From contig NC_135762.1 in assembly GCF_052425735.1 (NCBI RefSeq), forward strand, positions 7,192,001 through 7,256,000: a DNA stretch of 64,000 nt, in the 5' to 3' direction. Origin of the DNA: Oculina patagonica. Its lineage: Eukaryota. Below, piece by piece: positions 11,801 through 23,713 of this stretch. The notes beneath the pieces were generated by a model that saw only the letters and a program-made list of their open reading frames with translations, was not told where the DNA came from and did not search any database. Positions within the stretch are counted from its first letter, which is position 1. Each line of letters starts with the position of its first letter. Both the position numbers and the translations under genes were made by a program.

Positions 11801-14800
11801 TTCTAACTCCATTGTTTCAGTCTGAATGTCTCAGTACTCGTCGGCGAACATCGCGCAATTGGCGAGCGCGCTCAAGTTTAGTTTTGGCGGGAAAGTTTTT
11901 CTCCTTTTACGACCGCAAAACACCAGCTAAATTTAAATTACGAGGTTCTATTTCATTGGCAAAACGTCTTTTCAATTCATCGTACAGTAACACAACTTTA
12001 CTTCAAAGTGACCGTGATATGGTGGCATATCAGGTCAGTGACTTGATATCGTAGAATATCAGGACAGTAGATCGCGCTTCTGATTGGCTACTTGCGAATT
12101 TGGGTACGGTAATACGGGTAACAAGCGCGCGCACGTAAACAAAAGGCGGCTTTTCTCTATCCGGTTGAGCTCGCGAGAGAGATAAATCGTCGTTTTCTCG
12201 AAAATGACTGAGTACGGTGACCTATCAGTTTTTTCTCGTATTTTGAGTATAGTGATCAAATTCTTTCTATAAAATGAATACAGATCAATTTCTATGTTTG
12301 AAAAATAAATTATCACCGGAAACGTGTACTTTGCCAGTACTTGCAAAGGAATTATTAAGGAATTGTGCGGCATATACAAGGTTTTCCTGCTCCTAAACGA
12401 ATGGTGATCCACCTTTTTTATTTCAAAATTCAATTTCCCCTAAGGTAATCAACTAGTAGCTAGGCAAAGTTTGGCTGAAAATCTATGTTCAGTTCTGATT
12501 TCAGGGGTAATGACCTTAAAGAGTGCATAGTCCTAAACTATAAAATTGGAAACCGGCGTGATCACTCTCCAATAATAATAATAAAAATACTGAGGCGCGT
12601 GAAGAAACGAGAAATTTTTTCTTGACAATAGGGCCTGCTAATAAACAATCGGGTTTGAGATCCTTCATACTTGCGATTAAATTTGTTTCTATTTTTTCCG
12701 GCTGAGAAAGTTTATTTACCTTGGACGTTGAGTGTCACAGAAGCCTGAGCGGTCCCCTGGTCAGTACGAATTGTACACACGTACATTCCATTATCACCGA
12801 CTGTCGCATTTTTGATATGAAGTGTTCCTTTGATGATGGAATATCTTCCTGCTGGGAGGGAACCATCTTCTTTGGACCACGACACTGTCGCGTCAACATT
12901 TCGCTCCGGAGAACACTTGAACACGGCGGACTGATCCAGGGCAACGGTCCTAACTGCCGGCGTAACGATAATCCCAGGGGCAGAAATTACATCCCCCGCT
13001 TGCCCCCTGAATGGCTGCAGGGAAGTCGGAGTAGGCAAGGTGGGTTCTCCAGGTTCACCCTTTTGGCCTTTTATCCCTGGGGGTCCACGGAGACCCGGAT
13101 ATCCAGGGGACCCCTGTGGTCCTTGTGGTCCTATCTTTCCCGGTGGTCCCTGAACACAAATCTGACTTTGGCTAGTGCAGATCTTTTGCGTTGCAGTGTA
13201 GACGGATTTGGTGATTTGTTGTTGTATTTCAGGGGCCAAAACACCATTGTCTCCTTTAGGGGATTTGGAGGACTCAACATCTCGCCGGTCTCTTTTCTGA
13301 GCTGAAGAACTGTCTGACTCGTCTTTCGAGAAGCGAATTCCTATGATAAAGGAGTAAATGGTGTTACAATGCTACTTGGAGCATCATTGATGAGATAAAC
13401 AAGTGAAATACGTTTTCTTTCACTTTACGGTTTGCTGGGGTCAATTACAGCTCGTAGCCATAATTTCTTAACAGCATTGGATAAACGCATTTTTTCTGTA
13501 TTGTTATTTAACATACCAGTGAAAATCACTCAGAAAAGCACCATCGTAAGTATTAAGACGGAATCCACTAGGAAGTCGAGTAATATTTATTAAAGTTGGA
13601 CAAAAATCAAGTACCAGAATAATTTAAATCCTATTGCGTTATTTCCTACCCTTAATAAAAGGTAAAGATGTAAGTAATTATCCGTGATAACACCAACAAC
13701 AATTTCTTATCAGAGTCTGAGAAAATGAATTTCAAAGTTCACAAGGTATAGGCAAACTCTCACGTGTAGCCATTTTGGAAATTCGTCTTAAGCGATTCAG
13801 TGGAATTTAGCGGAACTTCGAAATTTGTTTTCGATGTTTGGTGTTGTTAGAAAAGATTTCTTTTGATAAGATATTTGAAGCAGTAACAAAAAAGTTTGCA
13901 ATAAGGTGGAAATAATTCTGGTACAACAATTTCTTATCAGAGTCTGAGAAAATGATATTCAAAGTTCACAAGCTATGGGCAAAAGCTCACATCTTTTAAG
14001 CGATTCATGGGAATTCAGTGGAACTTCGAAATTAGTTTTCGATGTTTGGTGTTGTTAGAAAAGATTTCTTTCGATAAGATATTTGAAGCAGTAACACAAA
14101 AGCTTGCAATCAGGTGTAAATAGTTTTGGTACATAATTTTGTCCAATAACTACTCGAAGTCCTGGCGGATTTCCTCTTAAAATACTTCTTTCTACAATTG
14201 TTACAACAACGCTCACCAAGTTGATATAACGTGACGGTTTACCTTCAGAAAGTCGATCGGGAGAAAACAAATGTTAATCTTATTATCAAATCACTTCTAA
14301 CTTCTAGGTCCCCACTCTTAACTTGAGCTAAAGATTGTCGAAGTGTCACAGATCGATAATGAGTCTGGGATTAGATCTCGCGCGGTATTAAATTGAAATA
14401 ATTCAATTGCTTTAGTGGAATTCAAAACACCGAGGTTACAGTTTTGCAGCTATTAATAACGACAAGGATTTCTAGAAAATTCTTAATAAGTAAGTAAATA
14501 TTCTAGAAATCTTTTGCGCTGATCCAACCGATAGATTATTTCCATTTCTGTCGCTTTCTAAAGACAACACGACCCGGCAAATATTTCATGCCAACGCCCC
14601 TTCCAGATAACATCGACTGTTGAAGAGAACAGAAAACACCGAGAAACCTTTTCGTTCAGGATATTTAATTGCAAAACATGCTACCATGATCCCACAGATT
14701 GTCTTTCTAGCAACCTGAGGCCACGAAGCAGCCGAAATCGAAACGAAAGAATCAAGCTTTTGGGAAGGGAGCGTTAAGTATACTGGTAATGTTTGCCTGC

Positions 14801-15813
14801 CGTGGTTGCTTTCTCAACTGAAATCACCCTGTAGTTGCATTAGCTAAACGATTAAACATAAAAAAATACTTTATACATTTTAGATATTCTTCCACTAATT
14901 TTGAAAGAGCTGCAGAATTGCTAGCCAGCTCTTGATTATTTTGGCGAAAATCGTTGAACACAAAAACGCCTTTGCCAAGAGGAAAACACCCTATAACTTA
15001 ACCTTTTCACGTTTTAAAATTATTGGTGAAAAGAAAATAAATAAACGTTCTTACTCAAATTTTTGGCCTGAGTTACATTTATAGGATGCTCTTACGGTAC
15101 TGTTTCACTTTTTTAAGTTTCAAAGATTCTTATTAGAGAAGATAGAAGAGAGTTCATTGATTCGAGTTGTAAACTAACGCTCAAGTTAAGTTTTCTAGGA
15201 ACGGTGACAGGAAGTCGTTAAACCCGAGTGACCAGAAGAGTTGTTCGGTATTGATACATCTGATGCATTTAATAGCAGTTCTTTCCAAAACACTCGTGGT
15301 GTATATTTTTCAAATTATGGGTTTTATAAATTAAATTATGTGTAAGAACTACGAAGCGAATATATTTTCGAGTACGTTTTAGTTGCAACTAAGACGTCGT
15401 CTCCATCTGTTCGAGGCTATCTAAGGGCATGTACTGGACTGAAAACCGAGCTCTTTTGGCATAAAATTATTGCAACAGGGCGAATTGAGCAAGCAAGAAA
15501 ACCAATCATTCTTAAGCCTTTTCCATCTAAACCTGAGAAACGCATGAAAAGAGCGCATCTACAGCGCGTCTACTCGGCAACGTACTGTACTGAATTCAAT
15601 AAAAATAAAAATAGACTCACCGTTTGTTGGAATGGGCGAAACGCGCGTCGTCGGTAACTGTTTTTCTCTTTGTTCGAGAGCCTCAAGTCTTTCCTTGTAA
15701 GATCGTAGCTCCAACTCAAGCCTCACATAACCAACACAGTACAAAAAAACGCTTGTAATCAAAACACAACAACAAACCATAAGAAGGCGGGAAGATCCAC
15801 CAGCGCTCATCAT
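5871..15813 (-). CDS. CniFL-like type II TM-collagen-3xIg-FReD protein, copy B (intact, ~649 aa)
   Basis: Exons 15813-15621 (193 nt, TM), 13340-12720 (621 nt; KRDRR, 12 Gly-X-Y triplets, Ig1), 7459-6923 (537 nt; Ig2+Ig3) and 6469-5871 (599 nt; FReD with [21 protein letters not shown]...EFWLG, FST.DRDND, GAWWY). Total 1950 nt, continuous frame, phase-1 GT-AG introns. Confidence 0.92.
9878..10622. mobile_element. Non-autonomous Academ(H)-like element, 745 bp
   Basis: 24-bp TIR TAGACTTGC(CA/TC)CAAGTCGCTCGTT and 9-bp TSD AGGAGTTGT (9869-9877 / 10623-10631). Interrupts a repeat whose uninterrupted relative lies at ~60170-60660. Confidence 0.8.
11416..11577. repeat. 162-bp near-perfect palindrome (hairpin element)
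   Basis: 54-bp perfect inverted arms (TACCTAATCGTACC...GGTC), CCATGG on both sides and an inner hairpin; absent from the paralogous copy D intron. Confidence 0.9.
11582..12109. mobile_element. TA-flanked MITE (Tc1/mariner/pogo-like)
   Basis: TA|CCGTACCCAAAT ... ATTTGGGTACGG|TA; absent in the copy D intron at ~40625. Confidence 0.7.
13697..14135. repeat. Tandem direct duplication, unit ~225 bp, in copy B intron 1
   Basis: ACAATTTCTTATCAGAGTCTGAGAAAATG...GATATTTGAAGCAGTAAC occurs at ~13697 and again at ~13925. Confidence 0.85.
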
Positions 15814-18443
15814 TGTGAACTGCGCAACTGCCTTTCACAAATGACTAACACTTAACTGCGGCAAATTATTTGTACTTTGAGCAAGATAACCTCGAACAGT
15901 TTGAATTTTTTGATAACTTTGTGTGCCGACCGTAAATTAAATTACCTTGCTTATCCTAAGATAGACAAGATAGAACTTGGTCGTTTTCCAAATAAAAAAG
16001 TCTTGCAAATGCAATGCAGTGCCTATTTTTGTCCGCAGAGAAAGATCGAGAAGTACTTCCTAGATATGCTGTCCATACTGAGTTGTGCTGACAAAGCTAC
16101 ACAGTATGGCATGGAATTGTTTAAGAACGGTTTAAATCTGAAATAGAATTAGAGATTTTGACATTTTGGTTTTGAAATTGGAATAAATTTTTGTGGGAAA
16201 ATCCACACAGTTCTCTCCAGAATACACTTGCTTGATTTCAAGAGACACTAATCTATCTATCAACAAATGAAAACGAGATACAGAGATGAAACTTATCCAG
16301 ACTAGATTGATAAGACCGTTTCCTCGTATTCACTAGAATGATAAGACCGTATCAGATTTGTAATAGCGTTCAAGTTCACAGAGTCTGTTCTAGAATAGAA
16401 TGCTATTTATACATTTAAAATGTTTGGTCTGAAAATAATATTGTGAGGGCTTGGAAAACTTTCACGGTACCTCATCCAAAAAAATACAAAAAATGTCTTC
16501 TTCCCACCATTCCTCTCCCCAATTCCCATTGCAATAGCCTTCAATCGGTCGCCACAACACGGAATGGGTGTTTCTCGTGCGCACGAAAAGGTCGTAGAGG
16601 CTAAGGAAATCGACAAGATAATTACATTTAAAGTATTCTGCATGGTGTTTATATCTTTTGGAACAGAAACTTTTCAATGAAAGGTTGATTAAAATGAAGG
16701 TGAAAGTTTAATCAAACAAGCAGAAGATAAGCTGCATTTTTTTCGTATTTTAACACACACATGCATACTGTCGATTTTACAATTGCGAGTGCCTTAGTTT
16801 TTTGCAAAAACAATTGTCTGTTTATACACACCTCTGTCAGACAGTGATAACTGTGGTTCATATGAATGATTCTTTTTAATGTCGAGTGTTAGTTTTGGCA
16901 GGAAATTAAGAGTGACGGTGCTCCGTGAAGGCTGATTAGTTGCTCAAGATGAACTTGAGTGGCCCTGGCGCGGATTTGTTAAGAAACAGTTAGCAGGCGC
17001 TTACCGTTACTAACAGTTTGCTAGTTTGTTTTTGCACATTGTACGCATTATTCATATTTAGGGTTGATTTTAGCAAGCGTAAAGTTCATCAACAACTAAC
17101 AGGACGGTGTTTGGTCAAAAATGGAAGTTAAATTGTGTTCGATTGAGGCACGTTTAGCAAAGATTTCAGGCGATAACCTGAAGTGCATGTTCTTTATCGC
17201 GGGTACTTGAAATATTATCATCTTCATTTAATATAACACCAGATTCTACGAGTTCACATAAAAAATGCCTAGCAGCTCAAGGGCAGTCAGTAAGAACTGA
17301 TCAAATTCAAAGCTAAGAACTAATAAATGTCATAACATGCTCAGAACATGCGCTTCAATCCGCTCAAGGTGCCCTTGTTTGTGCTTCTTCCTGTAACAAG
17401 AGTTCCCATCAAAATCTCTGTAACGAGTAGTTTATAATTCATGAAATATTTCCTGTCGCACCTGATAAGTAGATAGAGCCTTACCTATTTCAAATAAAAT
17501 ATATTGATCATTTTTACTTGTTAGTCTTGTGCCTGCTGGCTGTCAATACTCGCCCTCGTTTTCTATGAGCTGTGAGGTATTAGGGTTTTAGGGATGGTTT
17601 TGTATTGTGGTCGCCCGGGGCGATAGTCAATTCGGCTGCACCTCGTTGACTAAATAGAAACACGAGTGGAAGTTTGGGAGAACGCGAGAAATGTTGTGGG
17701 AACACGCGCCGGGTGGGGTTCTCAACCTTCACGACATACGGAAAGATGTGTTTTCTATTTCTTTTAGAAAACACCGCGAGGAAATTTATTTAATCGCTCG
17801 TTTATTTATTTTGATCATCAAAATGTAAATTCTCTATGCTCGCGCCGTCATAATTAGGAGTCATTTCGTCAACAGCTCGTGCCAGCTAAGTGTTTCTGTC
17901 CAATAATGGAACCGAAACCAATTGTGGAATTCCACTCATTTTTAGGCATCCAACTGGTGAACGGTTACGGCAATTAGATATTTTCAGGAGCGCCATTATG
18001 TTCATGGTCTGTCCCCTTAAAATTGGAGTACGGCTTTTAGTGTGCGCTTTCTTACAGAATGTTTTCTTAATATTTATGTTGGTTATGAAAGCAAGCTTTA
18101 TAGGCGAGCAAATAGTTGCGTTCAATTGAAGGAGGGACGTTTATTTCCTGCGCGTTGCAGACGAACGAAACCCCGGTGTTTTGTTCGCGAAACGCAGGCT
18201 ATTTATTTCCATACGCAGTATATGAGCCTTCGTCAACTTAGCTGAAGCACTTGCACAATTTCTTCCGGCTGTAGTATTACTGAGATTTTCAATGAGCCAG
18301 TTAATTTTCCTTCCTTTAATGTAAATGAGGGTTAATTTCTTTCCGTTACGGTTAGCAGAAGTGTAAAAATAGTTTCAAAAGGTTAAAAATGTATTTCCAT
18401 TGGTATTAAACATAATTAAGGTCTTAAGACCATCGAAGTGAAG

Positions 18444-20148
18444 CGGTGAGGGTAAAAGGCGGAATGAGTTTGCGGAATGGCATGTGGCATGACTTGCGGA
18501 ATGGCATAATTATGCGGAATGTAATTTACGCGGAATGACTCATTGACATAAATTTTACTGAAGAGCGCGCCAATTTTTAAAGAGCAGCCGCTTTATTAAA
18601 TACTGCGGGCTTAATGATGACAATCGATTGAAGATTGCATAGAGTCGTATGCTGTTCTTCACGGATTTTACAAAAATATTTCGGCGGCCAGTGTTTCCCC
18701 AATGCTAAGGATTTCCCATTCTGTGGACGGTTTATCGCTTTTAGTCAAAAGATAAAAACAGCGACGGAAAAGCATCCGATCGTAGATCTTTATCGCGAAC
18801 CGAAAAATGCCTCGGATACATCTTTGTATTAATATTCATGTAGCGGTTATTGGTATAAGTTAAACAAAACATCGAGACAGAAAGTCCAGTTTTGGCGGAT
18901 GTCATCTCAGCCTCAGTAAGTACAGGGTACAAAGCAGAGAGATTACGAACACTACGGCATAATTGTTTCATTAGAAGTTTACTAGCCCTGCTTTTCGTTA
19001 GTCTGCTTCGCAGCTGCTCGGGCTGAAATGACACAACGCTCCCGGTTCGGCTCGAGTGCCGGGCTGCGAAGGAGACTAGCTTTTCGCCTCCCATTATGAA
19101 GACTATATAAACTCAGTGGAAAACTTGAACATTAACTTAAAAAAGCGGCAACCGACCGCCGATCGAGTAGAGCGAAACTTTCATATAGTGACTGTAGTCA
19201 CTGCACGGTAAAAACAAGCTATCGTATTTCAAATCTAGCTCGCATTGCAGATTTACCGATAAGGCAGATAAGGAATCCGGCGAGTAATTATCACTGCCTG
19301 CTTGTTGTGAATACTTGGCTTTCTCTTAGGAAAATAAAATCATTCGCTAAACATACATTTTATTTTACCGCAAAGATCACGAGACGCACATCGATTAAAT
19401 CCACTGCGGTGTAAATAGTGTCACACCAGCGGAGAGGCCGTGTCACGATCTTTACATCGCTGTAATAAAAAGCTAGAAATATACCAAAAGTAGTTGTCTT
19501 CAATTAAACCACTAGCTTTTTCCCACCCCTAGCAAGTTTTGATTTAGAAAGAAACGATTCCTGGAACAAGGCAGTGACAGGGCGGTCACACATTATTTCG
19601 CGGGCGACTAACAACACGTCACTTGCTTTCATTTATTTAAATGCGTTGTCTTTTTAAAAACTTCTCTTCAAATGGGTTGAACTTGACAGTTATGTGTCTT
19701 GCCTTGAAGTACGTAGCTTTAGAACGAATATCGTTCTGTATTTTGAGGCAAATAGACGAGAGTTTTCATTCATGTTAACAGAACTACTCACACTGTACTC
19801 AGCCAACGCCAACGCCAGCTAGTCGATAATTCAAGTCCTCGGAAGCGTCACGGCAAATAGCGAAAATAATTTCTCTGCTTCTGTTCGGCGTAAATCGGTG
19901 ATTTGAACGGTAAAATGATCTTTACAACGATGTTCTATGGAAGTTTCCTCGTCCATACTGCTCAGTCCTTCATTGTTTGAGCCAGCAGTATTTAACAAGG
20001 CGGCTTCTCTTTTAAAATTTGGCGCGCTTTTTAGTATAATTTATGTCAATGAATCATTCCGCGTAAATTACATTCCGCATAATTATGCTATTCCGCAACT
20101 CATGCCACATGCCATTCCGCAAACTCATTCCTCCTTTTACCCTCACCG
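18444..20148. mobile_element. Non-autonomous long-TIR element, Mutator/MULE-like, 1705 bp
   Basis: ~170-bp imperfect TIRs starting CGGTGAGGGTAAAAGG with GCGGAATG subrepeats; 9-bp TSD GAAGTGAAG (18435-18443 / 20149-20157). Absent from the paralogous site at ~47490-47500. Confidence 0.82.
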
Positions 20149-23115
20149 GAAGTGAAGATATAGAGATACAGAGCAACAGTCAGAGCTGTCAAAACGTCTG
20201 TCAACTCGTGCCATGACACATTCGGTAGACACTTCCAAAAACTTCCTAATTAAGAGTATCGGCCTTTTTAGATACAAAAACACTGACATAAAAGGCAAGA
20301 CAGAAACAGTCTTGACAAGAGATCTTGAGACCTTCCTTTTAGTGGCTGGAATTTTTTTACGGTAAAATTTTTTAACGACTAACGGCAGCTAGAATGTTTA
20401 CAATTTTTACCACTAGCAGTTAAACTGTTGGCTGTTTTACGGCTTACGGCTAACCCCATTGAGACCCTCGTAAATGGCAATGCATATGTCAAAGTTATCA
20501 ATTTAAAAAAAATTAATACCTGTCGCATTGACTGAACAACTAACTTTATAATTTCAAACTCATATAAACAAATAAAAGAAACCAAGTGAGAAGAAATTTA
20601 CTATAAATATATTGAGAATGTGTTAACGTTGAATGATATTGGTTGAAACACAATTGCATGAAACAAAACTACGCCAACATCATCGATGTTAACGTTTCAC
20701 ATTCAAAGTTCCAATGTTGTAACTGTTTTCCACAGAAAACAAATGAGTTTTCGTCTTTCACTACATTTGTACTCGATATTGCCTGTTTCAACGTGTTTAA
20801 TTTGTTGGGCACTTAGGTATTTTTGAGCCGGCATTTAACCAGTCAAATGGTTGGTTGGTTTTGTCGAGATCGTCTTGGTTAGGGTGATGAGAATTAAGAG
20901 GGTTGTTTGAGCAAGCTTGGCAAAAATGGCAGATAGTGCTTGACACCTTCATCTCTCGTCTCAATTAAAAATGAAAACGAAAATTTAGTTTTAGAGTTAC
21001 TGTCCCATGATTATTGTCTGTTAATATAATTAATAAGTCCTTCTTATAAAATCTTTTAAATTATCCAGGAATAGAAAGGAAGCTGGGAAGAAATTATAAT
21101 TTTAACGACAATTTACGCACGTCATCGCCTCTTTTACTTCAAATTCCAGTTAGGCTATGGAAGGTTGTTAGAGTGCCATACAGTTAGCAATGCATCTTCC
21201 TAGTTGCCGCACAGAATCTTCGCATTCAAGAATCGAGCAGGCTAGTTTTGACCATTTTCATTGTCATTTTCGCCACCCAGGAACGAGGGTCTCAATGGGG
21301 TTAGCCGTTAGCCGTAAAACAGGCGGAACTAGACTAGTAGAGCGCAGGAAAAACCGATACTTGAAATAATCACACGACTGAGGTAGTCAGTGGGCCAATA
21401 ACTATAATTAGCCAATCAGACTCCTTCAAGTATTGCACAGGATAATTTTTGCAAATGATCCCGCACGTTAAAAAAAGAAACAAAAAAGTGAACTACACTC
21501 AATTTCACTGTAGCCAACCACACTTTCCATGCGGGAAGCAGCCACTGGTGTAGCCCGGCTTCACTAATGGCCAGTGTCCTTCGTCATACTTCCTTTTGAG
21601 ATACCGGCCAGCGGTCGAACCCATTTGGTCGCAGCGTCTCTCGTGATAAATCTTCTCTACCCTGGGCGTCCCTGAGGGTCTTCTCGTCTCTCGTTTACTT
21701 CTCGTCTCGTCGCGTAAAGGTAAGTTTTCTATTCTGTGTCATAATTTTCAACTTTTATAAGATATCCGTAAAAGATGCCTGTTTGAGTCAATTATAACTG
21801 TACAGATTTACAAAAAAGCCTGCTATGTTCGGGTGTTCCATTCCCACACGGCTGTGTGCATGTACGACTGCTGTGGTTTTCCAAATTAATAAATAAAACC
21901 ATGAATTGGAAATCATTGCGATAAATCTGCTACCCAGTTAAGGATTATGTTCATTTCATTAACAGCACGTTATAGCTCAATGGTTAGAATTTTTAAAACA
22001 GACTTTCAAATGCTTGCTCGGGCTTCCTGATTGTATATTAGTGTTGGCACGGTACGGATCGAGGTACTCCGCAACATATATTGGGCGTATGTGATCTCAC
22101 TTTGCATCTTCTTCATCAAGCGTACTGATCTACGCATACCTTATTATAGGAAATTAACGCTTGTGTAAATTTAGGTATTTGAAATTAACGCGAATCGAAA
22201 GAAATATTTATTGTAATTTCCTTACCCGAGTTGCATGTTTTTTTTTTTTATCTCGTGAAACTGAACTTATCATCTCCATTTAATATAACAACAGTGACGA
22301 GCGACTGAAGTTAAAATAGGGGATGATCACAAACCATAATTAATTTGAGATTCCGATAAAAAAGAACAATTTGACAACAGAAGATATCACTACATCTCGT
22401 TTAATTCAATTTCATCGATCTAATATATTTACAACATTCATGATGTATTATTATAACGGTCTGAGTAATTTCTCATAAATTAGGCTGTATGGCCTATACT
22501 CAGTGAAAAAAATGGAAGAAAAATGGAAATGGAAAAATAAAATGTTGTAATATTAATTTCTCCTTACTTACTGACATGTGTATTTTAATGTTAGTTTGGA
22601 GAATTAAGTGTTGCATCAAGACAATAGCTTTTTATTCTCACTATTTTCATAAATGTCTTTACTCGAACGTTTGCCTATAAATTCGTAAATTCAGAAATTT
22701 AATTTCTGTTTTGAAGCAGTCCGGCGGTTTAAAAGAGAGGAGTAATCTAATTTTATTTATTAATAAACGGCGAATGTGAAATAACAACTAAGACGTCTAT
22801 AAAATACAAAAAAGGCCGGGTCATTGGATTATTTTCAGTATTTAAACTTATCAAATATAACCCCCAATTCTCCAGCATCATTCGATTTGGTCTGCTATTA
22901 CAGTGGTTTTATTACTCCGTGTAGTTTCACAGAATCCATCCCCAAAACGCATTCAGTTTAGCGTCCTACACCGAGTTACTTTCCCGTCCATAGCAGGCAA
23001 ACCTTCTTCCACTTTTGGGCGGGTTGAAAAGGTTCTGTGACAGGCCAAAAGCATGTATGGTGTGAAACGCCAGTTATACTTGCTAGTGAATTAACAACTT
23101 TACTTTGTTAAGGGA

Positions 23116-23400
23116 TAGAGCAGTTTTCAATTGAGTGTCGTAAAACCAAAACCAAAGTAATTGCTCTAGCCAATCACAAAGGACACAGACAATCCAGTGA
23201 ACCAATCAAAACTCGAAGCAAATACACGAAACTGGCACGAAGCGCGGGAAAACGTGCGCGAGCAAGACACGATTGGTTTTGGTTTAAGTTCTGATTGGCT
23301 GAGAAAGTGGCGCGAGATTTTTAAGCCAATCACTAAGCGTAGTAATGCAAAACCAAAGCAAACGCAATTTACTTTCGACACTCAAGTGAAAACCGCTCTA
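23116..23400. mobile_element. MITE, 285 bp
   Basis: Imperfect TIRs TAGAGCAGTTTTCAATTGAGTGTCG / CGACACTCAAGTGAAAACCGCTCTA; several internal CCAATC/GATTGG motifs. Confidence 0.75.
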
Positions 23401-23713
23401 ATGCTTATTGCTTAAAACTAATTACACTACCATATAAGAGCTAAAGCCGCTTGATCAGAGTTCGACTGTTACAGAGCTACGAGTTCTAAAATCTATCAAT
23501 GAACCGGTTAATTAAAAGGCGATTTTTGCCTCGTCAGTTTTTTTTTCGTTTTTTTCCCTTGCCAGGTAGCCTGTGTACAGCCGCCCCCTCCCCTCAATAA
23601 AAATCGGGAAGGAGCGTCTGTGATTTACCGTTGATAATCGTGTTCCGGAATAATTTTGCATAAATTATGAAAAACGATTTACGCTGACCAAAATTTCCGT
23701 GGCGCACATTGTT

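Noticed and set aside
11344-11812. Overlapping ORFs with similar peptides on both strands
   Set aside because: Artefact of the 162-bp palindrome.
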